A stretch of DNA of 64,000 nt, from positions 1-64,000 of the forward strand of contig JALNJZ010000006.1 of NCBI GenBank assembly GCA_023261845.1. Direction: 5' to 3'. This DNA comes from Candidatus Terraquivivens tengchongensis (GTDB taxonomy: Archaea > Thermoproteota > Nitrososphaeria_A > Caldarchaeales > Wolframiiraptoraceae). The translations under genes and the position numbers were made by a program. Below are positions 41,590-52,800 of this stretch, piece after piece (position 1 is the first letter of the stretch; the number at the start of each line of letters is the position of its first letter). The notes under the pieces are model-generated. The model ran no database searches, had not been told where the DNA came from, and saw only the letters and a list, made by a program, of their open reading frames with translations.

Positions 41590-41892
41590 CTACTTTTTCC
41601 AAATTTTCCTCACAATCTCTTCAAACAAGGCATAATTCTCCTCCATAATAGGGGATAAAAAATACGTAGTACCATAACCTTCTCCCGTAGACACTACCAA
41701 GTTGTTCCTTTCGAGGACCTCAAGGTGGTGCCTTATCGTTCTGTAGTCCATTTTGAGCCTATTCGCCAGCTGGTTCGCATTCTGCGGAGCTTCTTTTAAT
41801 GTCATGAGTATCTTCGCTCTCGTCAATCCGCCTCTCGTGCCTGCAATCAACCAGCCGAGCAAATACTTCAGAGGGTGTGCTTCACCTGACAT
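41590..41892 (-). CDS. ArsR-family winged-helix regulator
   Basis: GTRGG.TR..I, NANQLA..L.MDYRTIRHHL.VL. Confidence 0.88.
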   Translation of the reverse strand: MSGEAHPLKYLLGWLIAGTRGGLTRAKILMTLKEAPQNANQLANRLKMDYRTIRHHLEVLERNNLVVSTGEGYGTTYFLSPIMEENYALFEEIVRKIWKK

Positions 41893-41956
41893 TTATGCAA
41901 TCCAGCTTTGGTTGAAGCTTACATCATCCTGATTATAAACATGCTCCCCATTTCTG

Positions 41957-41988
41957 AATTTGGAAATGAATTGGAGTTAATTTTGGAA
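41957..41988. promoter_or_regulatory. Three phased AAT(T)nGGA direct repeats (candidate operator)
   Basis: TTGGA at 41960, 41971 and 41983, immediately upstream of a TTTAAT box between divergent genes. Confidence 0.45.
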
Positions 41989-42040
41989 AACGCTTTAATT
42001 CGAACGGGCCGTTAGCTTGGCGAAAGTGGAGGTGAAAAGT

Positions 42041-42523
42041 GTGGATAGGAAGAAGATGCTGATCGCCTCGCTGAGTATAGCTACCATAGCCGTAGCGGTT
42101 GCGATAATAGTGACATACCCAACCGTCAGCGCCGCATCTCTTTTCATCGAACAGAACAATCCTCCAGCATGGAACAACGGAAACCTAGGAATTGTACCGA
42201 ACGGATGGCCGCATAAGATGATGCGCGGACAAGGATGCTTTGGATTCTTCGAGGTTAGCGAGGGGTTTAAAGACAAAGTACTCAGCATAGCCAAAAGCGA
42301 CAAGGATGTGCAAAACCTGCTAAACGATGGGTACAGCGTTATTGGTGTAAGACCCATAGTGAAAGCCATAGTCGGGGATGATGGCAGTGTCACGATGAAG
42401 GCAACCGGAGCTATCGTAGTGTTAAGCAAAGATTCAGCGAGAACGTTTGTGAAGGTTGATGTGGAAAATTCTAAAGTAACGGAGATTATAACCTTGACAA
42501 AGACGGTGATAACGAAGCCTTAG
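42041..42523 (+). CDS. Hypothetical secreted or membrane-anchored protein
   Basis: GTG start after GGAGGTGA; N-terminal basic residues and a hydrophobic helix. Confidence 0.75.
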   Translation: MDRKKMLIASLSIATIAVAVAIIVTYPTVSAASLFIEQNNPPAWNNGNLGIVPNGWPHKMMRGQGCFGFFEVSEGFKDKVLSIAKSDKDVQNLLNDGYSVIGVRPIVKAIVGDDGSVTMKATGAIVVLSKDSARTFVKVDVENSKVTEIITLTKTVITKP

Positions 42524-42590
42524 AGATGCGTTTTTAACAAGTTCCTAAATTTTTTATGCTTATATAAACCTGGCCCTCAATAATGATGTG

Positions 42591-42643
42591 GGATGATGAG
42601 CAACGTCCGAGTTGATTTATGATACTCGACGGGCAGACTGACC
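42591..42643 (+). ncRNA. Box C/D methylation-guide sRNA
   Basis: C box ATGATGA 42593-99, 12-nt guide, D' TTGA 42612-15, C' ATGATAC 42619-25, 12-nt guide, D box CTGA 42638-41. TATA box TTATATAAA ~25 nt upstream. Confidence 0.78.
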
Positions 42644-42766
42644 TTATGTAATGAGTGACTTGTGCAGAATAATCGGTCTCAGAGCAAAAATCGCGGCATA
42701 GTTTATGTCAAAACTTAAAAAATATTGGTGAATTTTACTTGACTCTGTATAAACTCATCTCAGGGT

Positions 42767-44359
42767 TCAATCATCTAGCAGTATTGCCTCAATCTCATCT
42801 ACTCCGGATTCTTCTGCAAGCGGCATCCCAGTAGCTTTTGCCGCCCTCTCGCTCAACGCAAAGATATCATTTCTTGATATCAGGTATAGCTTGAATTTTC
42901 TCAAACCAGCGAGAAGTTGCTGCATCCCGATCTTAATCCTCTCCAAATAACTATAGACACCTAAGGCTCCACATGGAATCTTAGATACGTCTTGGACAAC
43001 ATTTTTCAATTCTGGTAATGCTGCGAAGAATTTTTCAGGAGTTTTGCCATAGTATTTCGTGAAGCTTTCTGGGATTTTCTCCTCCTTAGCTAATCTTGCA
43101 AAGTATTCTGCCTTCATCGCAGCGGTTAGCATTGCTCTACCTATTACCACGGCCTTAACGTATGGTTGGTCACCGAAGTTGCTCAAGGCTATTGCCTTCA
43201 ATATCTGCGTTTCATTGATGAAACCTCCGGCCATAACTATGTCTGGGACGTACCTACCCTTCTTGCTCAAGATTTGTGCGCATTTTAGGACCAACGCTTC
43301 CAAGTAGACAGTTGGGATTCCCATCTCATCCATCATTGGGACTGGGCTCATCCCGGTTCCGCCCTCGCATCCGTCGAAGGTTATATAATCTATTTTTGCC
43401 TCAGATGCAAGCTTAAGTGTGTAAGCTGTCGCCGCAGGCCTATAGGCTCCGGTCTTCAGGCTTATGTACTTCGCTCCGGCTTCTCTTAGTTTATCTATGC
43501 CTTCTAAGAACTCTTCTTTTGTTGCCATCCCAACCCTACTGTGCCTCTCAAAACCGTGTATTTGGCCGTTCTTGAATGCCTCTTGGACTGCTGGATCCTC
43601 CGGATCCGGTATGACAAGGTAGCCTCTTTTCTTCAACATTAAGGCCTTTTCCAGGTTGAAGACTCTGACCTCTCCGCCGATTGCCTTGGCTCCTTGTCCC
43701 CACTTTCTCTCGATTATGTTAACCTCGAGTTTGCTTATACCATAAATGTCCACTCCGAGTCTCTCATCCTCGACATTTGTTTGGAGAGCTATGCCGCCGT
43801 ACTTCCCATCCCAGAACTCCCTATATGCCTTAACTCTCTCTTCGAGAGCTGGTGATTTTGTAATCTTCCCACCGCTAATCACGGCATTTGGATCCATGCC
43901 TCCAACGTTCTCACCTATTGTAACAACTATGCCGGACAAGGCAGCACCGGCTGCAATGCTCCTCCAATATGTAGCGGCAACATCTGTCGAGCCTAAGGCT
44001 CCGGTGATTACTGGCATCTTTAGCTTTATTCCGCCGACCTTCGCCTCCACGTCAACGTTTGGGAATAACGCACTATCAGGGTCGGGCACAATCCCTTCAG
44101 CTCCTCGAACTTCGCAGTGGAAGTTAAAGTGACTCCAATCAAGGCCGTAATCCTTGACTGCACCGGCCGTAGCATGTCCGAAGAGGAAAGGAGCCGGATA
44201 TAGCGCTTCTCTTCCCCTAAAAGCCGAGAGGGATATTTCGCAGATAACCGGGCATTCATCGATGCAGAGAGGACACATTCCGGAAGTGGCTGCTGGATCT
44301 CTAACTCGAAGGGACGTCCAAGTCGTGGACTTTGAATTCAGATACCTTGAATCCATCAT
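42767..44359 (-). CDS. FMN-binding glutamate synthase family protein (archaeal GltB2-like)
   Basis: SGMC..C...C...CE, GALGST, IGENV, KWGQGAKAIGGE, DGCEGGTGMSP. Confidence 0.88.
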   Translation of the reverse strand: MMDSRYLNSKSTTWTSLRVRDPAATSGMCPLCIDECPVICEISLSAFRGREALYPAPFLFGHATAGAVKDYGLDWSHFNFHCEVRGAEGIVPDPDSALFPNVDVEAKVGGIKLKMPVITGALGSTDVAATYWRSIAAGAALSGIVVTIGENVGGMDPNAVISGGKITKSPALEERVKAYREFWDGKYGGIALQTNVEDERLGVDIYGISKLEVNIIERKWGQGAKAIGGEVRVFNLEKALMLKKRGYLVIPDPEDPAVQEAFKNGQIHGFERHSRVGMATKEEFLEGIDKLREAGAKYISLKTGAYRPAATAYTLKLASEAKIDYITFDGCEGGTGMSPVPMMDEMGIPTVYLEALVLKCAQILSKKGRYVPDIVMAGGFINETQILKAIALSNFGDQPYVKAVVIGRAMLTAAMKAEYFARLAKEEKIPESFTKYYGKTPEKFFAALPELKNVVQDVSKIPCGALGVYSYLERIKIGMQQLLAGLRKFKLYLISRNDIFALSERAAKATGMPLAEESGVDEIEAILLDD

Positions 44360-44413
44360 CTCGCCTCCAATTTTTTCCAAAAACTTAAAAGCACTGTGTT
44401 ATAAACTTCATTA

Positions 44414-44911
44414 TTAAGGCAATATCGTACGATTTTCGTAATTGCTGGCATTATTCTGATCCGTTATAGAGAATTTTTTAGTTCTTTCCCATGGTTCAAT
44501 TCCACCGTCTACCACTCTAAATACAGGATTAGCCTCCAATTCGTCGGTCGATAAATTTTTCAACTCACCAAATTTTTTCCTATCTCTCTTCTTAAGCTTA
44601 ATCAGCAAGTGCATAAACTCGAACTCAAGTTGCCCTCTAGTGACAGTTATCTCTCCTAACAAGATTATGGGCCTTATCTTTGACAGGTCGAACTTGTAGT
44701 TTCTGCGACTTGCTTCAAGATAAACCTGATATAGATATGCGTTTATTAGCTCCACCGGGTTCTTATACATCTTAAATCTCTCAAGCTGAGGGTGATTTGC
44801 ATAACCCCGAGTGCACCCCTCTAAAACCTTCTTCGCTAAGAGCCCCTCCCTCCAAAGTGCGACCAAACCTTTCACGTCCAAGTATTTTGGATGAATGGAC
44901 CACAACCTCAT
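44414..44911 (-). CDS. Pyrimidine-dimer DNA glycosylase/endonuclease V-like protein
   Basis: MRLWSIHPKYLD.KGLVALWREGLLA..VL, GY.NHPQL.RF. Confidence 0.8.
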   Translation of the reverse strand: MRLWSIHPKYLDVKGLVALWREGLLAKKVLEGCTRGYANHPQLERFKMYKNPVELINAYLYQVYLEASRRNYKFDLSKIRPIILLGEITVTRGQLEFEFMHLLIKLKKRDRKKFGELKNLSTDELEANPVFRVVDGGIEPWERTKKFSITDQNNASNYENRTILP

Positions 44912-44997
44912 TCAAATCCACCGGCACAATCGCCCATGTTGACCTCCTTGATTCTGGTGCAACATAGCTCGCAAACGTTTTGCTTAGCCGTAATTTT

Positions 44998-45669
44998 CTA
45001 TATAATTTTCATAGGACCTGTGAGGAGTAGCAAGGATACGAAACCGACAAGCGGGACCGTTATGTTGTCATCTATTAAACCAAACTCAAACCTCTCTACG
45101 ATGCTTGCGAGGGTTGCAGATATGAGGCCTGCGAAGTTAAAAATAGCAAATGCCATTGGCGCACATACTGCGAACATAGCTAAATTTCCCCACCATGACT
45201 TGGTCCTCTTTCGGTAGAGCAAATTCCTTACGATTCCTGTCACACCATCTCCAAAACTCATGAAGAGTATTGGGACTATGGCAATCCATATGTTATTGAT
45301 TAAGAACCCGATCATAATTACTAACCCCCACATCAATATGAAGTGAACCTCGTACATATTCTCTTTAACTTGGTACCAGTAAAACAACCTATTTTGCTTA
45401 TGTGGTAAATAGTTGCCGATTGCTAGAAAAATTACCATAACACCTATGGGTATGAAGCTTTTGTATAGAAAGGGAACGAGGATTGCAATCAGCCCGCCGG
45501 TCAACATATGTATGATCTTTCTGTTATAGTAGACGGCGACGTTATGTGTATATCCCCATGCGATGAATGCCTCGTAAGTTTTCTTGGTTAAGAAGAGGCT
45601 GACGAATAACACCCAGCCCACAAGCACAAAACTGATTGCGATCTCTTCGAGTGTTGGTATGGGAAACAT
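44998..45669 (-). CDS. Dolichol/phytol kinase-like CTP-dependent membrane kinase
   Basis: NRKIIH, FGDG, KSWWG, DDNITVP. Confidence 0.8.
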   Translation of the reverse strand: MFPIPTLEEIAISFVLVGWVLFVSLFLTKKTYEAFIAWGYTHNVAVYYNRKIIHMLTGGLIAILVPFLYKSFIPIGVMVIFLAIGNYLPHKQNRLFYWYQVKENMYEVHFILMWGLVIMIGFLINNIWIAIVPILFMSFGDGVTGIVRNLLYRKRTKSWWGNLAMFAVCAPMAFAIFNFAGLISATLASIVERFEFGLIDDNITVPLVGFVSLLLLTGPMKII

Positions 45670-45799
45670 GAAGCTTAATGCTAATTTTAAAGATATATAA
45701 TTTTCAAGGTCGCTCTAATCTATTCAGAAGCAGAATGCATCCTGAAGGAAACGCGAACTTCCGTCTAAAAGTGGGAGATTGTTAAACCTTTTTTAAGAT

Positions 45800-46105
45800 T
45801 TACCTATGTGTTGTCGCTTTTTTAATTGCCTCTATAGCCTGATCAACCGTTAACATAGGAACTACTTCAAAGTGAGCGTAGGGCATCCACGTAAGCAAGC
45901 GGGTGAAGAGTTCCGCTTCGTTTGCTGCTTCGCTAATTGTGTATCCGAAATCTCCACCTGCAGCCATTCCCCAGTCCTTCGTTACTCCAGCGTTCAAACT
46001 TGCTTTAACCATATCAAGCATTGAAAGCCAGACTTTAGCCCTTTGTTCAGCGTCAACTGGCACCTTAGTCGGCTCCAGCCACCATTTCACATAAAATTTG
46101 GTCAC
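45800..46105 (-). CDS. Small DUF3303-like hypothetical protein
   Basis: 101 aa, GTG start after GGAGGTGA; KDWG...GY.I.E...W.PY..FEV.P pattern. Confidence 0.6.
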   Translation of the reverse strand: MTKFYVKWWLEPTKVPVDAEQRAKVWLSMLDMVKASLNAGVTKDWGMAAGGDFGYTISEAANEAELFTRLLTWMPYAHFEVVPMLTVDQAIEAIKKATTHR

Positions 46106-46257
46106 TTTATTTCACCTCCTTTTTTGTGGACTCCACTAACGAGTAAAGAAAACTTTCTTAGCGTTCGCTTTACAAGCCAGCAGAGCTTGTTTATTTGTAG
46201 AGGGCATCTTAGATAAACCTTGCTGTTGGTCCTGAAATTCAGTAATACAGCCCAAGA

Positions 46258-46273
46258 TGCGGGGGTGGGATTT
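46258..46273. repeat. att site: copy of the tRNA-Leu 3' end
   Basis: TGCGGGGGTGGGATTT versus TGCGGGGGGTGGGATTT at 57657-57673 (one G shorter). Confidence 0.8.
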
Positions 46274-46470
46274 CAGCATTAATTTACCGGTAAATTATCT
46301 CTTATCTTCTTTGTCACCGTTTTTGGCGCTATCTCGATAAAATAACTTTTTCGGTAAAACATGCTCATAAAAGGTTACTATCCAAACGCTGAACTTATAG
46401 TTTTATGTTAACCTTCTAGGTTTTGTCGGCTGTGGCCTGCATGCAAATTGATTATCTGGCGATCTAGATT

Positions 46471-46881
46471 TTGAAAAAATTTTTTAAAGATTTTGATGGT
46501 TTGTTTTTTAGGGTTGCTCGCAGGTATTTGGGTGGTGTTAGGGACGTGGATGTGGTTGTTATGGTTGATGATTTGACGCTTGTTGATGGAGATTCGCCTC
46601 TAGCCTATAAAGCGCCTGAGGGTAGCGAGTGGGGTAAACAGAAATTTTCCAGTGAGGTTTTGGAGAGGGCTAGGGCTGTTAATGAGAGGTTTTTGGAGAA
46701 GAAGCTTAGGAATGGGCGGTATGGTGAGGTTTATTTGGCTATGGGGAAACAGTATGCCGCGGCCCTGCCAGACTTGGCAAAATACGGTGTGAAAGTGGTT
46801 TTTCCAACTAGCGGCGGACCCGGACCAAAAGCACAAGCACTAAAACAATGGATTTTGAGGGAAGAATCTAATGAGTTTTGA
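46471..46881 (+). CDS. DUF6884/YaaA-like small protein, possibly 5'-truncated
   Basis: FDGLFFRVARRY, LVDGDSPL, MGKQY, GPGPK.QALK.W patterns. Overlaps the MTase start. Confidence 0.5.
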   Translation: MKKFFKDFDGLFFRVARRYLGGVRDVDVVVMVDDLTLVDGDSPLAYKAPEGSEWGKQKFSSEVLERARAVNERFLEKKLRNGRYGEVYLAMGKQYAAALPDLAKYGVKVVFPTSGGPGPKAQALKQWILREESNEF

Positions 46882-49840
46882 GAGGTTTGTAGAAGAGAAG
46901 TTGCCATTAACTCTTTTGAATAAGCTTAGTGCTAAAGAGTCGGGTTTTATTCGGATTCCAAAAATTCATAATATCCATACGTGGTTTGCTAGGAGGCCAG
47001 CTGGCGCTGCTCGTGCATTGACTTTAGCGGCTGTATTGCCGAAACATGTTGAGGAGAATATTTACAATAAGATTTCGTCTCTGGTAGATGCTGAAAGATT
47101 AGATAAAGTAATTTATATTGTTAACCCAGACAGGGATACTATTAATAGTAAATTGAAAAGTTTCATCGGTAAAAGCGCAAAGGATGTTGTTGTTTGTGAT
47201 CCTATGGCTGGTGGTGGCAGTATTCCTCTTGAGGCTTTGAGGCTTGGTTTTAGGACTATTGCGGTTGAGTATAATCCTGTTGCCTATCTGGTTTTGAGGG
47301 CTTCTGTGGAGTTTCCAGCCAAATATGCTGATTCGGGGCTTTTTGAAGAAACATTGAAGGCTTCTAAAGAGTTTGTTAGTAGGGCTAGAGAAGAGCTTGG
47401 CAAGTATTATGGTGAGGATGCTGAGAACTACATTTTTGCTCGTGGTGTGAGGTGTCCATTCTGTGGCGGGCTTATTCCAATTCAGGGGATTGAACCGGCG
47501 ATAACTAAGGCGCCGAGGTTCAAGAAAAGGTTCTTGAAAATAACTTATGACAAGGAGAAGAAGACTTTCTCTGCTGAAACAACAGATAAAGCCATAGCAT
47601 CTGGAACCATTGCTAAACGTGGAAACAATATTAAATGTCCTTACGATGGCTGTGGAAAATGGTTCCAACTACGTGGGCAAGCGAAAGGAGAAACAACAGC
47701 CTTTGACCAATGGTTTTACGAACATGCAAAAATGATGGAAAGCATCGTTGAGGGTTTCGCTCCAATTACTGGCGAGCTTGAAGAGAAAATGCTTAACCTA
47801 CACATTTCACTGGTAAAGCAGGTTGGCAACAGTTTTCAAGCAATATGGGACGAAAGAATAGAAAAAGGAAAGTTTGTGGATGCTTTGCATGCTCTTAGCA
47901 ATGAGCTTTTAGAACTTCAAAACTACATCCCTCTGGACGAGATTTCGGCGGATAACGTTTGGGCTAGCACTGCGGTAAGCAAGGGATTGACGAAGTGGTA
48001 TATGCTCTACAACCCAAGACAACTACTGGCCATAGCGAAACTATCAAAAATTGTGGCTGAAACCGCCGAGAAACTAACTTCAAAAGATGGAGAGTTTGGA
48101 GCAGCAGTAGCCACATACATTGCATTGGCGTTAGACAAGATAATAGACTACAACACTATAGCCACCCATTGGCAAGGAACAGGCTTTAAAACTGGTATTG
48201 CACACACTTTGCGGGGTGAGAGCACCCTTGACTTCAGAAAAGAATACTGCGAAATAAAACGTGTAGACGAAGCATTGATGTGGACTTTGGAACCTGATGT
48301 CGCTGAATCAGACGTTCTAACAAAAACAACTGGTGGGGTTCTCCCAGTATTAAAATTCCTCTGCGATGAGTTTAGAAGCGCAGATGCTAAAGAAAAGGTA
48401 AACGTCTATTTGGGTGATGCCACTCAGCTTTCTTCCATTTTAGGCATAAAATCTATTGACCTTATTAATGTTGATCCACCCTACTTCGAGCAGGTAATAT
48501 ATAGCGACAGAAGCGAGTTCTTCTGGGTTATACTCCGCAGATCCCTAGCTCCAGCCCTAGAACTCTTATTCAAACCAAACCTCAAACTCTCCAATTGGAC
48601 ATGGACAAGCCCCACAGTGCCAAGAGAAAGAGAAGTTGTAACCTACGACAAAGAAGACACGCAGGGAAGATTCCGCAAATTCTTCACCGACTTCATAACA
48701 GAAACCTCAAAAGTCCTAAAAGACGACGGAGTCCTAACCCTCTGGTTCACGCATCCCACAGCACTAGCATGGCGGGTTGTCAGCGAATCCCTATACCAAA
48801 ACGGCTACGTAGTCCCAAAAGTCTGGCCCCTACAAACAGAAATGAAAACCCGCTACAAAAAACACGTAAACATAGTAGCTCAAGAAATGAGCCTAGTAAT
48901 AGTAGGCCGCAAATACCCACGCCAAAAACTACTGGAAGTGTCGCCCCAAGACGTTAAGGGAAGCCTTATGGAAAACCCCCTATTCACAAAGACAGTTGAA
49001 GAAACAGTAGAAGACACAAGAAAAATAATCATGGAAGCAAACGCCTCCCCAGCCGACACAGCCGCCCTAATGTTCGGAACAGCCCTCAGCGTAGCCTCCC
49101 GCTTCGAACTACCAATAGGCGCAACCTTCACAGACCTATACGACACAGCCATAACCGCCGTAATATCAAGATACACAGAACCCCTAATCTACAAGGTGCT
49201 AACCCAAATAGGACCCCAAAAACTAGACGAAAATACAGCCCAAAAAATAGCCAAAAATATAGCCCAAGCCATGCTATGGGACCCAGCAACCCGCTCATAC
49301 CTGACGTTATGGCTAATATCCCGCGTAGACCTCGCCACAGCAAAAATACGCCAAGAACCCTTAGGCTTGCATTTTGACCTCGTCCAAACAGTAGGCAAAC
49401 TATGCGGCTTCGGCATAGAAAACCTAAAACACTACAGCCTCATAACAGAAAAAACCATAAACAAAACAGGAAAAGCCTACTACCCCCAATTCCTAGAAAT
49501 GCTAACCCTACCAGGCGGACAAACCTACCCAGACAGACTAATGCAGGTAGCCCCAGGATTGGCGACAATCCTAGCCCGCATGGCCATGACAGAAAGCGGA
49601 GACCCAGCAGCCAGAGCAAAAACCATAAAGGCGAAAATGAGCATGCACAGCGACAGAGAACTCTCAAGCTGCGCCGCCCTAGCCACAATCCTACTAGAAA
49701 CCGCACGCGACCAAGACTTAGGCTATAGAATAACAGACAAAACAAAAATAACAGGATACTTCCCAGGCATGGACGAAAGCGAAATAGCAAAACTCGTAAG
49801 AGAATTAGCTATAAAAACCCTAACACACTTAGTCTTTTAA
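46871..49840 (+). CDS. DUF1156-type adenine-specific DNA methyltransferase
   Basis: IHTWFARRP, DPMAGGGSIPLE (SAM-binding), CPFCGG/CPYDGC zinc finger, YNPRQL, VDPPY. Confidence 0.92.
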   Translation: MSFERFVEEKLPLTLLNKLSAKESGFIRIPKIHNIHTWFARRPAGAARALTLAAVLPKHVEENIYNKISSLVDAERLDKVIYIVNPDRDTINSKLKSFIGKSAKDVVVCDPMAGGGSIPLEALRLGFRTIAVEYNPVAYLVLRASVEFPAKYADSGLFEETLKASKEFVSRAREELGKYYGEDAENYIFARGVRCPFCGGLIPIQGIEPAITKAPRFKKRFLKITYDKEKKTFSAETTDKAIASGTIAKRGNNIKCPYDGCGKWFQLRGQAKGETTAFDQWFYEHAKMMESIVEGFAPITGELEEKMLNLHISLVKQVGNSFQAIWDERIEKGKFVDALHALSNELLELQNYIPLDEISADNVWASTAVSKGLTKWYMLYNPRQLLAIAKLSKIVAETAEKLTSKDGEFGAAVATYIALALDKIIDYNTIATHWQGTGFKTGIAHTLRGESTLDFRKEYCEIKRVDEALMWTLEPDVAESDVLTKTTGGVLPVLKFLCDEFRSADAKEKVNVYLGDATQLSSILGIKSIDLINVDPPYFEQVIYSDRSEFFWVILRRSLAPALELLFKPNLKLSNWTWTSPTVPREREVVTYDKEDTQGRFRKFFTDFITETSKVLKDDGVLTLWFTHPTALAWRVVSESLYQNGYVVPKVWPLQTEMKTRYKKHVNIVAQEMSLVIVGRKYPRQKLLEVSPQDVKGSLMENPLFTKTVEETVEDTRKIIMEANASPADTAALMFGTALSVASRFELPIGATFTDLYDTAITAVISRYTEPLIYKVLTQIGPQKLDENTAQKIAKNIAQAMLWDPATRSYLTLWLISRVDLATAKIRQEPLGLHFDLVQTVGKLCGFGIENLKHYSLITEKTINKTGKAYYPQFLEMLTLPGGQTYPDRLMQVAPGLATILARMAMTESGDPAARAKTIKAKMSMHSDRELSSCAALATILLETARDQDLGYRITDKTKITGYFPGMDESEIAKLVRELAIKTLTHLVF

Positions 49841-49859
49841 ATAGAAAGAGGCAGTAGCC

Positions 49860-52800
49860 TTGAAAACCATAGGCCAAATTTTCCAACTGAAAGAATCCCT
49901 TCTAGAAATAAAGTCAGAACTAACACCAAGCTTCGACGAAGTAATAAGAAGCTACCTAGGCCAACATGTAAAAACAAAATTCAAAGACCCCGCCTACACA
50001 ACAGAAATCACATACCCTACACCTCCACTCCAAACCTTCATCAAAAGAATCCTTGAAGGCCTAACAATACCAACAGTTCAAGGCACATACCTAATAAGAG
50101 GATTCGGCTTCGGAAAAACCCACGCCATAATACTCCTCTGGCACATGCTAAACTCAAAAGAAGGAGCAAACTCCCAACTAGCCAAACAATTCGGCCTAAA
50201 AGAAAACATAGCCCAAGAAACCCTAGCCCTAGGAATAGACTTCAGCAAAGAACAACCCTTCCCCCACCTATTCAACCAGCTAGAAGCCATAGCAAAAAGA
50301 CAACCAGAACAATGGCAAATAAAAGACCCAAGGCTTTCCCAAGCCATAATAGAAGTAACCAGAGAAATAAGCAGAACCAAAGCCCTAGCCCTACCCTCAG
50401 AAGAACTCGCAAACCTAATAATCAAAATACTAGAAAAATATAGGGAAGCGAAAGCTAATCCGAGGCTTCTACTCCTAATAGATGAACTTGGAATAGGAAT
50501 AATCAGCAGACTTACAAGCTACATAGAAACCCAAAACGAGGAAAAATACGGCGAAATCGAATACATAACCAACTTCATAGAACAACTCTACACAAAACTA
50601 AGCGGAAAAGGCATACCAGCCTACATCATAGTCGCCCTCGCAGAACAAGACATCAGAGAAATAGACCACATATACCTCCAACAAGCAGACAAACCCATAA
50701 TCCAAACAAAAATAGACGGCCTAAGAAAACGCCTCAACATCCTAAAAGAACGACTAAGCAGAGCAGTCGGGGGCCTAGGCGAAGAAGCTGCACTATCCTA
50801 TGACCCAGAACACGCCATAAACATAGCAAAACACAGAGTCTTCAAAAAAATCGAAGAGGAAAAAGACATAGAAAAAACCCTAATAGCATACCTAACTCTA
50901 CAAGCCCAACAATACAACCTCCAAGAAACCTTCGAAACCTACAAAGAACAAATCAAAAACTACTATCCGCTTTCCCCAAGCATGATTTGGCTGTTCCGGA
51001 AAATCCTAAACCCCTACGACGCTCCTGGAACAGAATACGTAAGAACAACCCTAAACATACTCGCAGAAGCCGCCGAAAACGCCCTAACATACGAGCCCCA
51101 CAAGTCGCTAACCGTAAGCGCAAAACACCTCTCCATAGGACGGGCAGGCGTAATCGACCTCATGGGAGACTTCGAAGCAGAATGGGCCAGCACAGCCTCA
51201 GACATAGAACACGCCATAAAATCAGCAAATCCAGAAATACAAAAAGCCGTAGACATAGTCGCCAAACAAATACTTGCAAAAGGCACAACAGCCAACGTTA
51301 CAGCCCTCATAGAAGTAAGAGACATAAAAGAAATCAAAAGATACGCCGTTTCACCAGAAGAAATGCAAATAGACATACTAACCACGCTACCCTCAGAAGA
51401 AGCAACCAAAACCATAACACAACTCCAAGAGGCCATAGAATACCTAAAAACACAAAGCGCAAGAATCGAAGAAAAAGAACATGAAAAACAAAAATTCTAT
51501 CTGCCATCCCCAATGAGAACAATCTACGACAAACTTGCAGCCTTTGTAGCAGAACACAAAAGGATACTTGAAGAACCAACCCAATTACCAGGATACCTAC
51601 AACAAGCAAACCTGCCTAGCCTCCTATACAGCCCAAAAGCAGCAATACCATCAAGAGAAAAAGAAGTCACAATACTTCTAAAGGAATACAACACTGTCAC
51701 AAATGCTGAAGAACTCATAAACAGTGTGGACGTAAGAGATGCTCAAAACGAAGGAAACCTCTCCATAATAGTTGTCCCACCATGGGACGCCTTTCTCTTC
51801 AACGAACTCTACCAAAGAAAAACAGACTACCATACCCTCACAAACACAATAGCCCAAAAACTCCAAAGCATAAATCTGGCAGGAAAAATCAGCCACCCCT
51901 TACACCTATTAGTCCTCATACCAAACATAAACCAAGACAAACTGACACGACTAATAGACGACGTAATATCATACGCAGCCGTAAAAGACTTCATCAAACA
52001 CCTCGAAAACAAAGAAAAAATCCTAGAAGAAAAAATGTATGACTACGAAAGAACCGTCAAAAAGAGACTCACACTAAGGCTAACAGAGTTCTTAGAAGAA
52101 CAACGCAAAAAACTCGAGATAAGCCTTAAAAGCTCCATAGAACGACAAGTAAGAGACGCCAGATCATCCGCCCAAAAAGAACTCATAAAACTAACACGAA
52201 AAATAGCCACAAGTGCAATAGAACTCTACGAAGACGTAATCTATTACAGCCTACAATCCCAAAACTTCACAGCTCAAAGCCTAATCAAACTCTTCGGTGA
52301 ACTATCCGGAGAAGCCTCAAAACTAGAACAAAGCGGAAAATCCTCCCTGTCAGAATACTCTCTAATCGTAAACATGTTCTTCAGAAGAGTAACAGAATCC
52401 ACAGGATTCTCATGGGAGCCAGACACCATAGCAGAAGCCATATACAAACACTACAAGGCAGAAATTGAAAGTGGAGTAATCCGAAAACAAGACAGGATAA
52501 ACGAAATAGTTGAAAACTCACTTCTCGGCACATACGAAGTAAAACCACTAAGCTCTAAAGTAGTTCAAGAAGCCATCCAAAAACTAAACGGCAAAACAAT
52601 AGAAGCTGAAAACAAAAAAGTAACATTAAAAGTCGACGAAAAAACCAACCGGATAATCTTTAAAATAGAGGAAATAAAGCCGCCAGAAATAATAACAGAA
52701 GAAAAACCCACCGAAATACCACCAGAAGAAATACCCGTTCCAACAGAAGACCGCCCCGCAATTGCTGAAAAAACCCTTGGAGAAGTCATAATCGAAGTAG

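Noticed and set aside
48595-52042. R/K/N/P-rich alternative-frame ORFs and hydrophobic antisense ORFs inside the MTase and ATPase genes
   Set aside because: By-products of the A/C-rich strand bias, which removes stop codons from other frames.
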